Positions 8,598 to 18,402 are shown, counted from the stretch's first letter. The stretch is 64,000 nucleotides of DNA from Acidilobaceae archaeon (GCA_027043945.1 JALUDS010000087.1:16424-80423); one strand, 5' to 3'. Numbers and translations: made by a program. Notes: generated from the letters alone by a model not told the origin.

Positions 8598-8607
8598 CAA
8601 TATAAAC
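8598..8607 (+). promoter_or_regulatory. TATA box of the 5S rRNA gene
   Basis: CAATATAAAC is centred about 28 nt upstream of the first 5S nucleotide. Confidence 0.5.
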
Positions 8608-8630
8608 CTGTTCAAGAACATGAATCTACA

Positions 8631-8759
8631 TGCCTGGCCCGGCCATAGCGGCCGGGTAACACCCGGACTCGTATCGAACCCGGAAGTTAAGCCGGCCGCG
8701 TTGGGGTTCCCAGTGGGGTCCGAGAGGCCCTGCAGGGGCCCCAAGCCGGGGCCAGGCAT
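8631..8759 (+). rRNA. rrf: 5S ribosomal RNA (stand-alone)
   Basis: GC-rich island of about 129 nt. Terminal helix TGCCTGGCC/GGCCAGGCA. Internal AACACCCGGACTCGTATCGAACCCGGAAGTTAAGCC matches the conserved archaeal 5S core. Confidence 0.9.
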
Positions 8760-8873
8760 TACGTCTTCTCATCCATTACATAATACCACGATGAGTTAAC
8801 CACGTGATTATAGGTAGAGCAGTGTGCTATGTTTGTAGAGAATACATGCTAATTATACTCTAATATTTAAAGT

Positions 8874-9476
8874 GTGGAAACAATTGTTTCTTGTATAATT
8901 GGTGCACTAATAATGAGCGGAGATAAATCGCTCATTAAAGAATATACAGGAGCAGGCTCATCTAGAAGCTGGACACCAATAGACTTCGCGTATCTCGCGG
9001 TTGTAGCAGTTATCTCGGCAATAATATTCTATGCTGCATGGTACGTGTATGACGCTGCAAAAGCCATAGGTGGGCCAATCTTCGCGAGAATGATCTCATA
9101 CGGCTTATGGTTTATAGGAGCGCCCTTTGCAGCTACACTAATAAAGAAGCCATTTTCTGGATTCCTGGGTGAGACGCTAGGAGCGTTGATTGAGTCTTTT
9201 ATTCCGACTGCAGGGGGGTTCACTAATCTCGTCTATGGAGCAGTCCAAGGATTGATGAGCGAGATAATATATGCCGTTACGGGATGGAAAAGATATGATG
9301 AAAAAGTAGCGGCGCTCGCGGGGGCAGCCGCAGGGCCGGCAGCCGTTGCGTTAGACGCTATACTATTCGATGCGATTGCTACAACCGGTGTAGTACTAGC
9401 CTGGATAATAGCCGCGGTAATAAGCGGTGCAATATATGGATATATAGTGGCCAGAGTAGTAAAAGCTGTAGCATGA
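8874..9476 (+). CDS. ykoE: YkoE-family ECF-type S component (HMP/thiamine-precursor transporter)
   Basis: Polytopic membrane protein. GLWFIGAPFAATLIKKPFSGFLGE...GAVQGLMSEIIYAVTGWKRY closely parallels Bacillus YkoE, and it is followed by tenA. The start could be GTG 8874 or ATG 8913. Confidence 0.75.
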   Translation: METIVSCIIGALIMSGDKSLIKEYTGAGSSRSWTPIDFAYLAVVAVISAIIFYAAWYVYDAAKAIGGPIFARMISYGLWFIGAPFAATLIKKPFSGFLGETLGALIESFIPTAGGFTNLVYGAVQGLMSEIIYAVTGWKRYDEKVAALAGAAAGPAAVALDAILFDAIATTGVVLAWIIAAVISGAIYGYIVARVVKAVA

Positions 9477-9488
9477 GGCGACCCTCAT

Positions 9489-10154
9489 ATGGGGTCCATA
9501 ACACAAATCCTTTTCAGAGACTCAGAATATATATGGAGAAAGATACTCGAGCACCCGTTCGTCAAGGAATTATTTACAGGGTCTCTAAGCCTAGAGAAGT
9601 TCAAGTATTATGTAATGCAGGACTATAATTATCTAATAGCGATGATGAAGACTTTCTCTATTATTGCTTCAAAGGCAGAATACGAAGTTGCGAAACTAGC
9701 ACTAGAAATAGCCCATCAAGACGCTACAATAGAAATGGAGAACTATAAAGAACTGTTAAACGAGCTCGGATTAAATCTAAAAGATGTTATAAGAAGAGAA
9801 CCCGCCCCCACAAACATATCCTATACCAGCTACATGATTTCAACAGCTCTACTAGAACCCCCGATATATGGCTTAACAGTTACACTTCCCTGTTTCTGGT
9901 CATACCAGTACATCGCAGAAAATTATTTGAAAGAAATCGAATCTATAAATAACCAACTATACAGAAAGTGGGCTCTAACTTACGTTTCCAAAGAATACAA
10001 AGAACTAGTCACTAGTCTCAGAGAGATAATAGATAAACTATATGAATCAAAGGGAGCAGATCTAGAAAAAATGAAACAAATATTTAAAACAGCCAGCAGA
10101 TTTGAATACATGTTCTGGGACATGGCCTATAGAATGGAAAAATGGCCCCTCTAA
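9489..10154 (+). CDS. tenA: thiaminase II / aminopyrimidine aminohydrolase TenA
   Basis: HPF..EL..G.L....F.YY..QDY.YL N-terminal signature, with an all-helical haem-oxygenase-like length of 221 aa. Confidence 0.85.
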   Translation: MGSITQILFRDSEYIWRKILEHPFVKELFTGSLSLEKFKYYVMQDYNYLIAMMKTFSIIASKAEYEVAKLALEIAHQDATIEMENYKELLNELGLNLKDVIRREPAPTNISYTSYMISTALLEPPIYGLTVTLPCFWSYQYIAENYLKEIESINNQLYRKWALTYVSKEYKELVTSLREIIDKLYESKGADLEKMKQIFKTASRFEYMFWDMAYRMEKWPL

Positions 10155-10182
10155 CAAGGATCTTAAACACTGGATAATGTAA

Positions 10183-11517
10183 TCATTGTCTTTTAAAGAA
10201 TGATACTACGCCTAGCAGTATGACGATAGCAATGCCGATCATGACATAAAGGGTATTGTTCGACTTTGATATAGTAGTTATAGTGGTTATAGTATTTGCG
10301 GTTTCCTCATAAGTGGTCATTGTATGCGAACCTGAGATAATCGTGTCAGAAGCTCCTGTACAAGCACATTCTAGCCTGGATAGAGTATAATTTTGTGTAA
10401 TGTTATGGCCTCTACAGTATAGATTTACGGGAGTATCGCTTGGAATTCCTAGTGATAGAAGAGCATTTGACAACACTCTTATGGTATCGTTACAGGTTCG
10501 GATTTCAGTAGTGACACTGGGCAGCTCTATCTCCAGAAAGCTCTCATTTTTCTCAATAGATAGTTCACTATTGTCGCATAATAATAGGTTCTTGAGCTGT
10601 GATGATTCGACTTCTCCACTATAATCAAGGCCTAATAGGATAGGTATTCTTGTTCCAGAGAGCATACCTATATGGCCGACGAATTTAAGAGCAGAGAGAT
10701 AATCATTGATAGTCCTGAACTCACCATATATCGTGTCATTAACTGTTATCAAAACTGTTCCGTTCGAGAGGATCATAGCCTCTTCTCCGCTTCCGCCGGT
10801 GATATTAGGTGGTGTAGTAGGCCATGCGTATAATGATGCGTTGGTCAATATAATATAGTATGTGTTATTAATTTTCCTTGCCTCGACCTTAGTAATCCTA
10901 ACATTAAAGATATTCTCGAGTTGTTCAACAAATAGTGATATCTGTGAGGAATTCGATAGATACTCGTCTACAGTTTTAAAGTATCCTCCGAAACCAGTGA
11001 TGTGTAATTCAGACTGAAGAACGACATTATATAAGTTGCCGGTTATATTGTAATGTCCTTCTACAATGATATGGGATGATGAATTTGCGAGACTCAGATA
11101 TATTACGCCTTTCTCTCTATATTGTGATCCTGCCGCAAATTCATAATTAATATTATATTCTATGTTAGTGTCATTTGCTAGAACTGCTATGAAGTCATGG
11201 CTAAATACTAGATTGCCATTAAATACAAGAGTATTGTTTTCTACACTAGATGTAACCATGATAGAGGAATTATCTAGCATTGTCAATAGGAACGGATTAA
11301 TTCCGAGCCTAACGACGGGCCTTACACAATCATTCTCTAAGTATAATTTTACGGTATAATTACTTGGAGTAAGCATAGTCGATACGATGCCGCCTATAGA
11401 GGGGAACTGGAATCCATCAATTGGAGAAGATTGGGAATTAGTAGTTATAGAGGTTGCTGGGACAAGACTTAAAGACATTAGTAGCATTATCATTAATGGG
11501 CCTAGATTTTTTGTCAT
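10183..11517 (-). CDS. hypothetical surface glycoprotein (signal peptide, C-terminal membrane anchor)
   Basis: N-terminal hydrophobic signal (LMIMLLMSLSLVPATS), about 18 N-x-S/T sequons, and a C-terminal TM (YVMIGIAIVILLGVVSFF) followed by KRQ. Confidence 0.55.
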   Translation of the reverse strand: MTKNLGPLMIMLLMSLSLVPATSITTNSQSSPIDGFQFPSIGGIVSTMLTPSNYTVKLYLENDCVRPVVRLGINPFLLTMLDNSSIMVTSSVENNTLVFNGNLVFSHDFIAVLANDTNIEYNINYEFAAGSQYREKGVIYLSLANSSSHIIVEGHYNITGNLYNVVLQSELHITGFGGYFKTVDEYLSNSSQISLFVEQLENIFNVRITKVEARKINNTYYIILTNASLYAWPTTPPNITGGSGEEAMILSNGTVLITVNDTIYGEFRTINDYLSALKFVGHIGMLSGTRIPILLGLDYSGEVESSQLKNLLLCDNSELSIEKNESFLEIELPSVTTEIRTCNDTIRVLSNALLSLGIPSDTPVNLYCRGHNITQNYTLSRLECACTGASDTIISGSHTMTTYEETANTITTITTISKSNNTLYVMIGIAIVILLGVVSFFKRQ

Positions 11518-11741
11518 TCCGCATATGCCCCTTGACTCATATATGGTATCGGGAACCGATAATTGTTTCTAGGCTATATCTCGGCGTTATTCGTATCTGT
11601 TACTAGTATAAAGTACTTCCAAATTAAGATATTTAAAGAACCTGTTTCTATAACCACTTGAAGTATTCGTGTAACCTGCCTCATGCAAATTACAATTTAG
11701 CTATCTCAAACTAGAGGATCGAAGAAGTAGGTGGATGCAAC

Positions 11742-13949
11742 ATGGCCACTGATAATACCGTAATGGAACAGGAAAAGTTACCCGAGCACATTTCGGTATT
11801 CACGGTTATGGCTAGAAGAGCACGCAGAGGAAAAGTTCATCTAATAGTTTTAACTATGGCAATATTCATGGCGTTCCTAGAGATATTCTATATCATGAAC
11901 TTCCACGGAACACTGGTTAACTTTATAGAAGGTCTAGGACTCACATCACTAGCGGAGTTCATCAACAGAAGTCTCTATCTAGACTTAAACATATCGCTGA
12001 TACTGGTTATGGCAATACTAGTTGCAGTGGGATTCCTAATATATCCGGCTAAAAGACCGCCGACAAAAGCAACTGAAGAACAATTAAGGGAATTTATGAG
12101 GAAATACGTGGATAGAATACCTCTATATGACTATATACTAGCCGCCATAGGCTTCATTGTTATCGCATATAATGCATGGTTACAGCCCTACGTTGTCGCC
12201 AACGAGGGAAGCATTCCCGAAAACCTAACAGGGATATCAATAATCATGGCTATCCTAGGCTTTATCATGGTAATAGAAGTAACAAGGAGAGCAGTAGGTC
12301 CATGGATGATATTCGTGATGATAGTTTTCCTACTGTACTACCTTAACTTCTACCGATTCGACGCGCTAAAATGGGCTACAGACATGTTCTATGCCAGAGA
12401 GGGACTATTCAATATACCATACACAGTCATGGCAATGTATGTGTTCGCATTCCTATTCTTCGGCAACTTCCTCGAACAAATAGGAATAGGAAACTACATA
12501 ACTAGGCTAATGCTAGGCCTATTTGGTAAAAAGCCAGGCGGGCCTGCAAAGGTCTCAATAGTTAGTAGCGGATTCATGGGAATGCTATCTGGAAGCAGTG
12601 TCGCAAACGTATTCACAACAGGAGTTTTCACAATACCTCTAATGAAGAAAAGCGGATTCCCACCAGAAGTCGCAGGAGCAGTAGAAGCAAGCGCTAGCAC
12701 CGGAGGACAAATAATGCCTCCAATAATGGGGGCAGCAGCATTCATCATGGCAAGCTATCTAGGTAGACCATACGGAGACATAGTAATCGCCGGCTTCCTC
12801 CCGGCATTCATCTACTTCGCCAGCCTATACTACTTCGTAGACCTCGAAGCAAAACGAAGAAGCCTTAAAGGCCTAACAGAGGTTCCCGACGTAAAGCCAA
12901 TGCTTAGAAAACTATATCTATTATCGCCGGTAGCCCTGATAGTCTATCTCCTAGTGATAAGACTTCCACCTCAACACGCAGTAGTCGCTAGCCTGAGCCT
13001 AGCATTGATAGCGGCAGTATGGGCGACTGACTTCCTAAAGCTCTCTACGAAGATAACATACACTATAACGGGCATAGCATTATACATTATAGGTTACCTA
13101 GTGGGACTAAACAATTTAGCCACAGCGTATTTCGGCGGAATATCACTTCTTCTACTAACTTTCATACTCTATCTTGTCCCAGCTCTAAGACCGTTCTCAC
13201 AAGTAATAATAAGAAGCATAGAGCAAGCAGTGAGAAACAGTATTCCGGTATTCATGGCTGCAGCTATGGCTGGCGTAATACAAGGAAGCCTAACTCTAAC
13301 AGGTCTAAGCACAAGGCTAGGGGAGACACTAATAGCAATCGCACATAACAATATCTATCTCCTACTAATATTCGCTGGACTCATAAGCATACTAGTAGGA
13401 ATGGGAGTGCCTACTACTGCAAACTATGTTATAACAAGCCTGATAAGCGCCACAGCAATTATGACAGCTGCACAGACAATGCTAGGAATACCCGCGGCAG
13501 CGGCACTACTAGCAGCGAACATGTTCGTATTCTACTATGGTATACTCGCTGACGTAACACCACCTGTAGCCCTAGCGGCTTTCGCCGGTGCAACAGTAGC
13601 TAGAGCCGATTTCTGGAAGACAGCGGTAAACGCTACTAGGATGGCCTTTGCCAAATACGTTCTACCATTCATATTCGCGGTTAACCCTGCGATGCTCATA
13701 ATACCGATAATGGAGGGAGAAGCAACCGTGGGCCAGCTTATCTACGCCATCATAGCCACCATAGGAGTAATAATCTCTGCAAGCGCCGGATTCGCGGGAT
13801 ATCTAGGAGGCCATATAAGGAGGAACTGGCTTAGAGTATTATTAGCCGTAGTAGGAATACTAGCAGTGACAACAAACCTATACTTAGTGATAGCGACATA
13901 CGTACTCTCAATAATAACCTATCTGCTGGCTAGGAAGGGCCTTGCTTAA
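11742..13949 (+). CDS. TRAP transporter fused permease (TAXI-type 4TM/12TM fusion)
   Basis: 735-aa polytopic protein with the characteristic DctM-like segments (SIVSSGFMGMLSGSSVANV, ASTGGQIMPPIMGAAAF, GMGVPTTANY, FYYGILADVTPPVALAAF). Confidence 0.85.
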   Translation: MATDNTVMEQEKLPEHISVFTVMARRARRGKVHLIVLTMAIFMAFLEIFYIMNFHGTLVNFIEGLGLTSLAEFINRSLYLDLNISLILVMAILVAVGFLIYPAKRPPTKATEEQLREFMRKYVDRIPLYDYILAAIGFIVIAYNAWLQPYVVANEGSIPENLTGISIIMAILGFIMVIEVTRRAVGPWMIFVMIVFLLYYLNFYRFDALKWATDMFYAREGLFNIPYTVMAMYVFAFLFFGNFLEQIGIGNYITRLMLGLFGKKPGGPAKVSIVSSGFMGMLSGSSVANVFTTGVFTIPLMKKSGFPPEVAGAVEASASTGGQIMPPIMGAAAFIMASYLGRPYGDIVIAGFLPAFIYFASLYYFVDLEAKRRSLKGLTEVPDVKPMLRKLYLLSPVALIVYLLVIRLPPQHAVVASLSLALIAAVWATDFLKLSTKITYTITGIALYIIGYLVGLNNLATAYFGGISLLLLTFILYLVPALRPFSQVIIRSIEQAVRNSIPVFMAAAMAGVIQGSLTLTGLSTRLGETLIAIAHNNIYLLLIFAGLISILVGMGVPTTANYVITSLISATAIMTAAQTMLGIPAAAALLAANMFVFYYGILADVTPPVALAAFAGATVARADFWKTAVNATRMAFAKYVLPFIFAVNPAMLIIPIMEGEATVGQLIYAIIATIGVIISASAGFAGYLGGHIRRNWLRVLLAVVGILAVTTNLYLVIATYVLSIITYLLARKGLA

Positions 13950-14046
13950 TACAAATTCTCTAAACCTGTATTAATTATTTTCTAAAAAACTAAATAGTAT
14001 AAGATATTGGTCTTATTGTGCGTTGCTACACTTCCCTTCTAGATTA

Positions 14047-14262
14047 TCATTCTTTGGATATTCTGAGTAGAGAGACAATTATTGCAATAGCTAAAAGAAC
14101 CAGGACTACATATATTACTACCTTGATTACAACCAGTAATATATCAAACGCAATGCCGGTCAGTAATCCCCATATAATTGCTTCAGGTAGACTCCTCTTA
14201 TTATACGTAAGAAGGAATCCTATAATGAACCCTAGTAGAAAAACAAACGATATACTAAACAT
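14047..14262 (-). CDS. hypothetical small membrane protein (2 TM)
   Basis: 71-aa ORF made of two hydrophobic helices. No homology recognised. Confidence 0.35.
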   Translation of the reverse strand: MFSISFVFLLGFIIGFLLTYNKRSLPEAIIWGLLTGIAFDILLVVIKVVIYVVLVLLAIAIIVSLLRISKE

Positions 14263-14374
14263 CCTCTTGCACCCATAATATTAAGTGTTTATCGAAAGAT
14301 ATTTTGAGTAATTATATAAAGTAGGGAAAAAACCTGTAATAGGTTCTTGTTAATCCATAATTATGTCATCTAGA

Positions 14375-15574
14375 TTATATTTTTAGGCCGAAGAGTTGTC
14401 TCACGAGTTGTCTGACTATAGTTAGTCTCTGTATCTCGTTGGTTCCCTCGTAGATGGTTGTTATTACTGCGTCTCTTAGGTAGCGTGCTACTCCGGTTTC
14501 TTCGTCTACTCCTATTCCGCCATGTATCTGTATTGCTTGTCTTGCGATCCATTCTGCTGACTCGGTTGCAAATGCCTTGGCTAAGCTGCTTGCTATCACG
14601 AATTCTCTGCGGCCCTCATCGGCTAGTGTGGCTGCCCAGTATGTTAAGAGTCTTGCTGCTTCTAGTTTCATGTACATGTCTGCTAGTTTCTGTATTATCA
14701 TTTCGAATTCTATTAGCCTCTTTCCGAAGGCTTCTCTCTGTAGAGCGTAGTTTACTGCTGCTTCGAATGTTGCCTGTGCTATACCGACTGCTTGCGCTGC
14801 AATGCCTATTCTTGTATAGTCGTATGTCGTTACTATTACTTTGAATCCTTCGTTTTCTGGGCCTACTAGGTTTTCTGCTGGTACTTTCACCTCGTCTAGG
14901 ATTACTTCATATGGTTGTTCTCCTCTCATTCCTATTACGTTGAATCTCTGGCCGATCTTTAGTCCGGGAGTATCTTTTTCTACTACGAATACGCTTATTC
15001 CCCACCAGCGCTTGTCTGGTTTCGGTGGGCTTGTCCTGGCCGATACTACGAAGAAGTCTGCTTTTTCTGCTCCGCTTATGAATATCTTTCTGCCTGTGAT
15101 AATGTAGTGGTCGTTTTCTTTCTTTGCCTTGGTCTGTATGCCTGCGACGTCGCTTCCTGCTCCTGGCTCGGTGTTGGCGTGTGCTCCGAATGCTCTGCCC
15201 TCGGCTATTGGAACTATGTATTTCTTCTTCTGTTCCTCTGTTCCGAACTTTAGTATCGGGATGCCGAATAGGTGGTTTACTCCAATAGCGACTGCTAGGC
15301 TTGGCACTGCTCTTGCTACTTCTTCTGTTAGTATTGCTTGTAGGAGTTGTCCTCCTCCCTGGCCTCCGTACTCCTCGGGTATTCCTACTCCGAAGAATCC
15401 TTGGCGTGCGAATTCTTCGAAGATTTCTTGTGGTATCTCGTTTGTTTTCTCGATTTCCTGCCACTTTGGTAGCACTTTTGCCTCTATTACTTCTCTTACT
15501 GCTTTTCTAAAGAGTTCGTGTTCGTCGTCTATTTTTATTTGGAAGTCCTGCACACTCTGGAATGGGAATACCAT
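14375..15574 (-). CDS. acyl-CoA dehydrogenase
   Basis: Typical ACAD pattern (GFFGVGIPEEYGG, TEPGAGSD, QIHGGIGV, IYEGTNEIQR). ATG at 15574 is preceded by GGAGGAG, so the longer track ORF start at 15646 is unlikely. Confidence 0.9.
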   Translation of the reverse strand: MVFPFQSVQDFQIKIDDEHELFRKAVREVIEAKVLPKWQEIEKTNEIPQEIFEEFARQGFFGVGIPEEYGGQGGGQLLQAILTEEVARAVPSLAVAIGVNHLFGIPILKFGTEEQKKKYIVPIAEGRAFGAHANTEPGAGSDVAGIQTKAKKENDHYIITGRKIFISGAEKADFFVVSARTSPPKPDKRWWGISVFVVEKDTPGLKIGQRFNVIGMRGEQPYEVILDEVKVPAENLVGPENEGFKVIVTTYDYTRIGIAAQAVGIAQATFEAAVNYALQREAFGKRLIEFEMIIQKLADMYMKLEAARLLTYWAATLADEGRREFVIASSLAKAFATESAEWIARQAIQIHGGIGVDEETGVARYLRDAVITTIYEGTNEIQRLTIVRQLVRQLFGLKI

Positions 15575-15709
15575 TTTCCATTCTCCTCCTTTACAACGAT
15601 TTCTGGTTACAGTTGTTCTTAGTCGTATTGTAGAATATATAGTCACGGGGAAAAGACCATGAGTCCTAAAAACGGTATATATTTGTTAGGAAAAAGATAC
15701 TATTTAAAC

Positions 15710-16615
15710 CTAAGCCTCTTCTACTTCTACTTCCTCTACTTCTATTTCCTCTAATACTTCTTCTCCTTCCATACCAGCCATTGTGCTCGACACTATCTCG
15801 ATTATGCTTGCAAGTAGTAGACCTATCGCGCCGACAACAATGAAGAATGCGGCTATAAGATAGATAGTTACAGGGGTGCTCACGGTTCCAGTTGATATGA
15901 ACTGGAATATGCTTAGTTTCTCGAAGTGTGTTGTCCAGCTGGTCGCGAAGAGGCTCCATCCGATTCCACTTAGCAGGAACGATATTGCATATAGGAGGTA
16001 GTCCCGTGTTCTTGTCTCTAGATATACTATCGCTGTTCCTATGGTTGTAATAGCGAATGCTATTATTATGCTGGCTCCTCTAAGGAGACTGCCTGTATCT
16101 CTGTATGCTAGGCTCTTTACCACGTCTTCGTCTATTATTAGTGCTGATACTGACTTGTTAAGATAGTATATTCCTAGAATCCCTATGAGGAACACAATGA
16201 CTGGAGCAACAACGGCTTTCTTGCTCTCTAAACCAGCCATAAGCGCTCCAATGTATGATAGTATGGCTGCTCCTATCACAAGGAATAACGAGGTTAGTAT
16301 GAATAGTCCAGATGCATCTGTCCATCCTCCTAGTTGTACGTAGCTTGGAGAGATCGGGCCTTTGAAGGGATTAATTATCCCTGCTTCTAGTAGTTTCACA
16401 TACTGGTACTTCCAGCCATATTCAATTATTAGTGTCTCGTCGATTTTGTTTAGTGCTAGGACTCCTGCTATGAAGGATAATCCTAGAAATAGGAATCCGA
16501 TACTGCTTAGGATTTGCTCCCTTATCCTGTACATGATACCTATTGCCATTATTACAATAGCTGTCATTATGAGTATGGGGGACACCATTATGAATATAGA
16601 TGTTGAGGGGAGCAC
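15710..16615 (-). CDS. hypothetical polytopic membrane protein with acidic C-terminal tail
   Basis: About 8 hydrophobic helices. The tail is EGEEVLEEIEVEEVEVEEA. GTG start with GGAGGTG 9 nt upstream. Confidence 0.55.
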   Translation of the reverse strand: MLPSTSIFIMVSPILIMTAIVIMAIGIMYRIREQILSSIGFLFLGLSFIAGVLALNKIDETLIIEYGWKYQYVKLLEAGIINPFKGPISPSYVQLGGWTDASGLFILTSLFLVIGAAILSYIGALMAGLESKKAVVAPVIVFLIGILGIYYLNKSVSALIIDEDVVKSLAYRDTGSLLRGASIIIAFAITTIGTAIVYLETRTRDYLLYAISFLLSGIGWSLFATSWTTHFEKLSIFQFISTGTVSTPVTIYLIAAFFIVVGAIGLLLASIIEIVSSTMAGMEGEEVLEEIEVEEVEVEEA

Positions 16616-16754
16616 TGTCTCGACACCTCCTTATAATCCGTATGTTTACAAGAGGACTAGCATATTTTATTTATTCAACTTAGGAGTATGGGTGTAGAGT
16701 ACTACTAGGATGGATAATACGCTAGAATGATATTGGAGGACGCGTATCTATTCC

Positions 16755-17348
16755 CTATTCTAGTTCTTTAATTATGGTTTCTTTCCATAGGGGGATACTC
16801 TCCCAGTCTATAGTATATATCATAATATCCAGTGTTGAATCTTTTAGTTTTTCGAATAATTTTGATGCTTCTTCTCCGCAATATGGTCTTCCCGACTGTT
16901 CAAACATATAGGTTAGAGTTAGCTTGCGGTATAATCCTCTGAAAGAGTAAGAATCAATTGTACCCACTAGGAAGTTGAGAGACTCGGACTCTCCTTTCTC
17001 AGTCTCTAACCATTTTACTAGTTCGCTTAAGGTTCCTCTAAAGGTCTCTGACGCACTTCCACTGGTGAGAAGGGCTGCAAGGATTAAGCTATCGCAGAGT
17101 GCCTCGCTTGGCTTTAGCCTGATTCCCCGCTTGACAGGCTGGGGTTCAGCCGCTACTGTTTTCTCTGCTGGAGCCTCTACGCGGGGCTGGGGTGCGGGTA
17201 CTTCACGTTTTCGAGCAGTGTATCTAGCATAGATAGGGCATCTCCTGTAGTTACCTTTACAGGGGAAGCGTAATGTACTAACTTTTTTCCTTATAAGTTC
17301 ACAGTACGCGATTGTGCCTTTAAGGTTCTTGGCATAAGGACATGCCAC
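16755..17348 (-). CDS. hypothetical protein: N-terminal 4-Cys module, Pro/Ala-rich linker, C-terminal globular domain
   Basis: MACPY-x10-C ... PCKGNYRRCP, then REVPAPQPRVEAPAEKTVAAEPQP. GAGGTG lies about 12 nt upstream of the ATG. Sits downstream of the metal-binding SBP gene on the same strand. Confidence 0.55.
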   Translation of the reverse strand: MACPYAKNLKGTIAYCELIRKKVSTLRFPCKGNYRRCPIYARYTARKREVPAPQPRVEAPAEKTVAAEPQPVKRGIRLKPSEALCDSLILAALLTSGSASETFRGTLSELVKWLETEKGESESLNFLVGTIDSYSFRGLYRKLTLTYMFEQSGRPYCGEEASKLFEKLKDSTLDIMIYTIDWESIPLWKETIIKELE

Positions 17349-17445
17349 ACTTTACACCTCTACCGCGTAAAGCGGGAGACCCGCACCCCACTCAATATGA
17401 TAATGAGTGTATGATAGAATTAAAAGGGTTAAACTAGAACTGATA

Positions 17446-18330
17446 CTATCTCTCAAGTTCTTTGGCTTGGCCAGCAACGAATAGTATTTTTTCTAAGGTA
17501 GAGTCGCCAAGATAGGGGGCTGGCACATTCAGTATTGGAGATCCGTATTTATCGGCTAAATTACGGAGATATGAACTGGCCTGGTCGACTGGTTCACCGT
17601 TATCATCGACAATTACGACGGCAAGACCATCATATCTTAGAATCTCTTCTGCCTGGGAGACTTGTTCAGGAGAGGTACTGGTTCCATGTTCTACTAGAAT
17701 GAATCCCTTTATATCTACGCCTAACCATGCTACGGCGTACTGTGAAGCTGGAGAAGATAGTATTGCAGGTCTTCCTTTTAAGATATTCCTGTACCTATCG
17801 TATATTTTTTCAGCTTTTTCAGAGAGATTGATTCTATTTTGCTCTATTATATTACTACATTCTGGGATCTTAGATTTTATTATATCCGAGACGTAATCGA
17901 TATACTTTATGTAGTTACGGGGATCATATATGGGCATATGCAGGTTTATGGCACCGCTAGGTAAATTGTATAGAATTAGCCCAGGGATCTCTGGAATTTC
18001 TACTACTTTATCGCCTGCTATGTCTTTAATCTGGCTTTCAAAGGGCGCGTGTCCTGTAGATATGATCAATAGGGCAGAGCTAATTTTTTCGTAGTCTGAT
18101 GGTTTCAGCTGGTAGTCGTGTGGGTCAACTCCACTTGGCACAAGATGTTCTATGTCTACGTCGCATCCGGCGAGAAGCGATTCTAGATCTTTATCGATTC
18201 CCGGAAAGGTTGTTAGGATTAGAGGAGACCGGTCTTCTGAATTATCTGTAAATGTTGTTAGAAATAGTGTTATGCTCATTGTTAATACGAGTATGGTCGC
18301 AATGAGCATGGCATGTTGTCTATTTATCAT
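17446..18330 (-). CDS. metal ABC transporter substrate-binding protein (TroA/ZnuA cluster A-I family)
   Basis: N-terminal TM/signal anchor, GVDPHDYQLKPSD motif, a second lobe with HGTS, and a length of 294 aa. Confidence 0.8.
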   Translation of the reverse strand: MINRQHAMLIATILVLTMSITLFLTTFTDNSEDRSPLILTTFPGIDKDLESLLAGCDVDIEHLVPSGVDPHDYQLKPSDYEKISSALLIISTGHAPFESQIKDIAGDKVVEIPEIPGLILYNLPSGAINLHMPIYDPRNYIKYIDYVSDIIKSKIPECSNIIEQNRINLSEKAEKIYDRYRNILKGRPAILSSPASQYAVAWLGVDIKGFILVEHGTSTSPEQVSQAEEILRYDGLAVVIVDDNGEPVDQASSYLRNLADKYGSPILNVPAPYLGDSTLEKILFVAGQAKELER

Positions 18331-18392
18331 TTTGTATACACCCTTGTCGTGTTTGCTTGATTCTGTTGGCTCATTCCATTATCGTTTAAAAA

Positions 18393-18402
18393 CTGTGCAC
18401 AG
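18393..18402. promoter_or_regulatory. perfect 10-bp palindrome CTGTGCACAG in the divergent promoter of the metal ABC genes (candidate operator)
   Basis: Immediately follows TTTAAAAA (18385-18392). A second TGTGCAC copy at 18426-18432 follows a second A/T box (18407-18418). Confidence 0.35.

Noticed and set aside
8761-8873. A TPP riboswitch upstream of ykoE-tenA.
   Set aside because: No CUGAGA...ACCUGA-type core and no GC-rich structure are present. This is consistent with the known absence of TPP riboswitches from Crenarchaeota.
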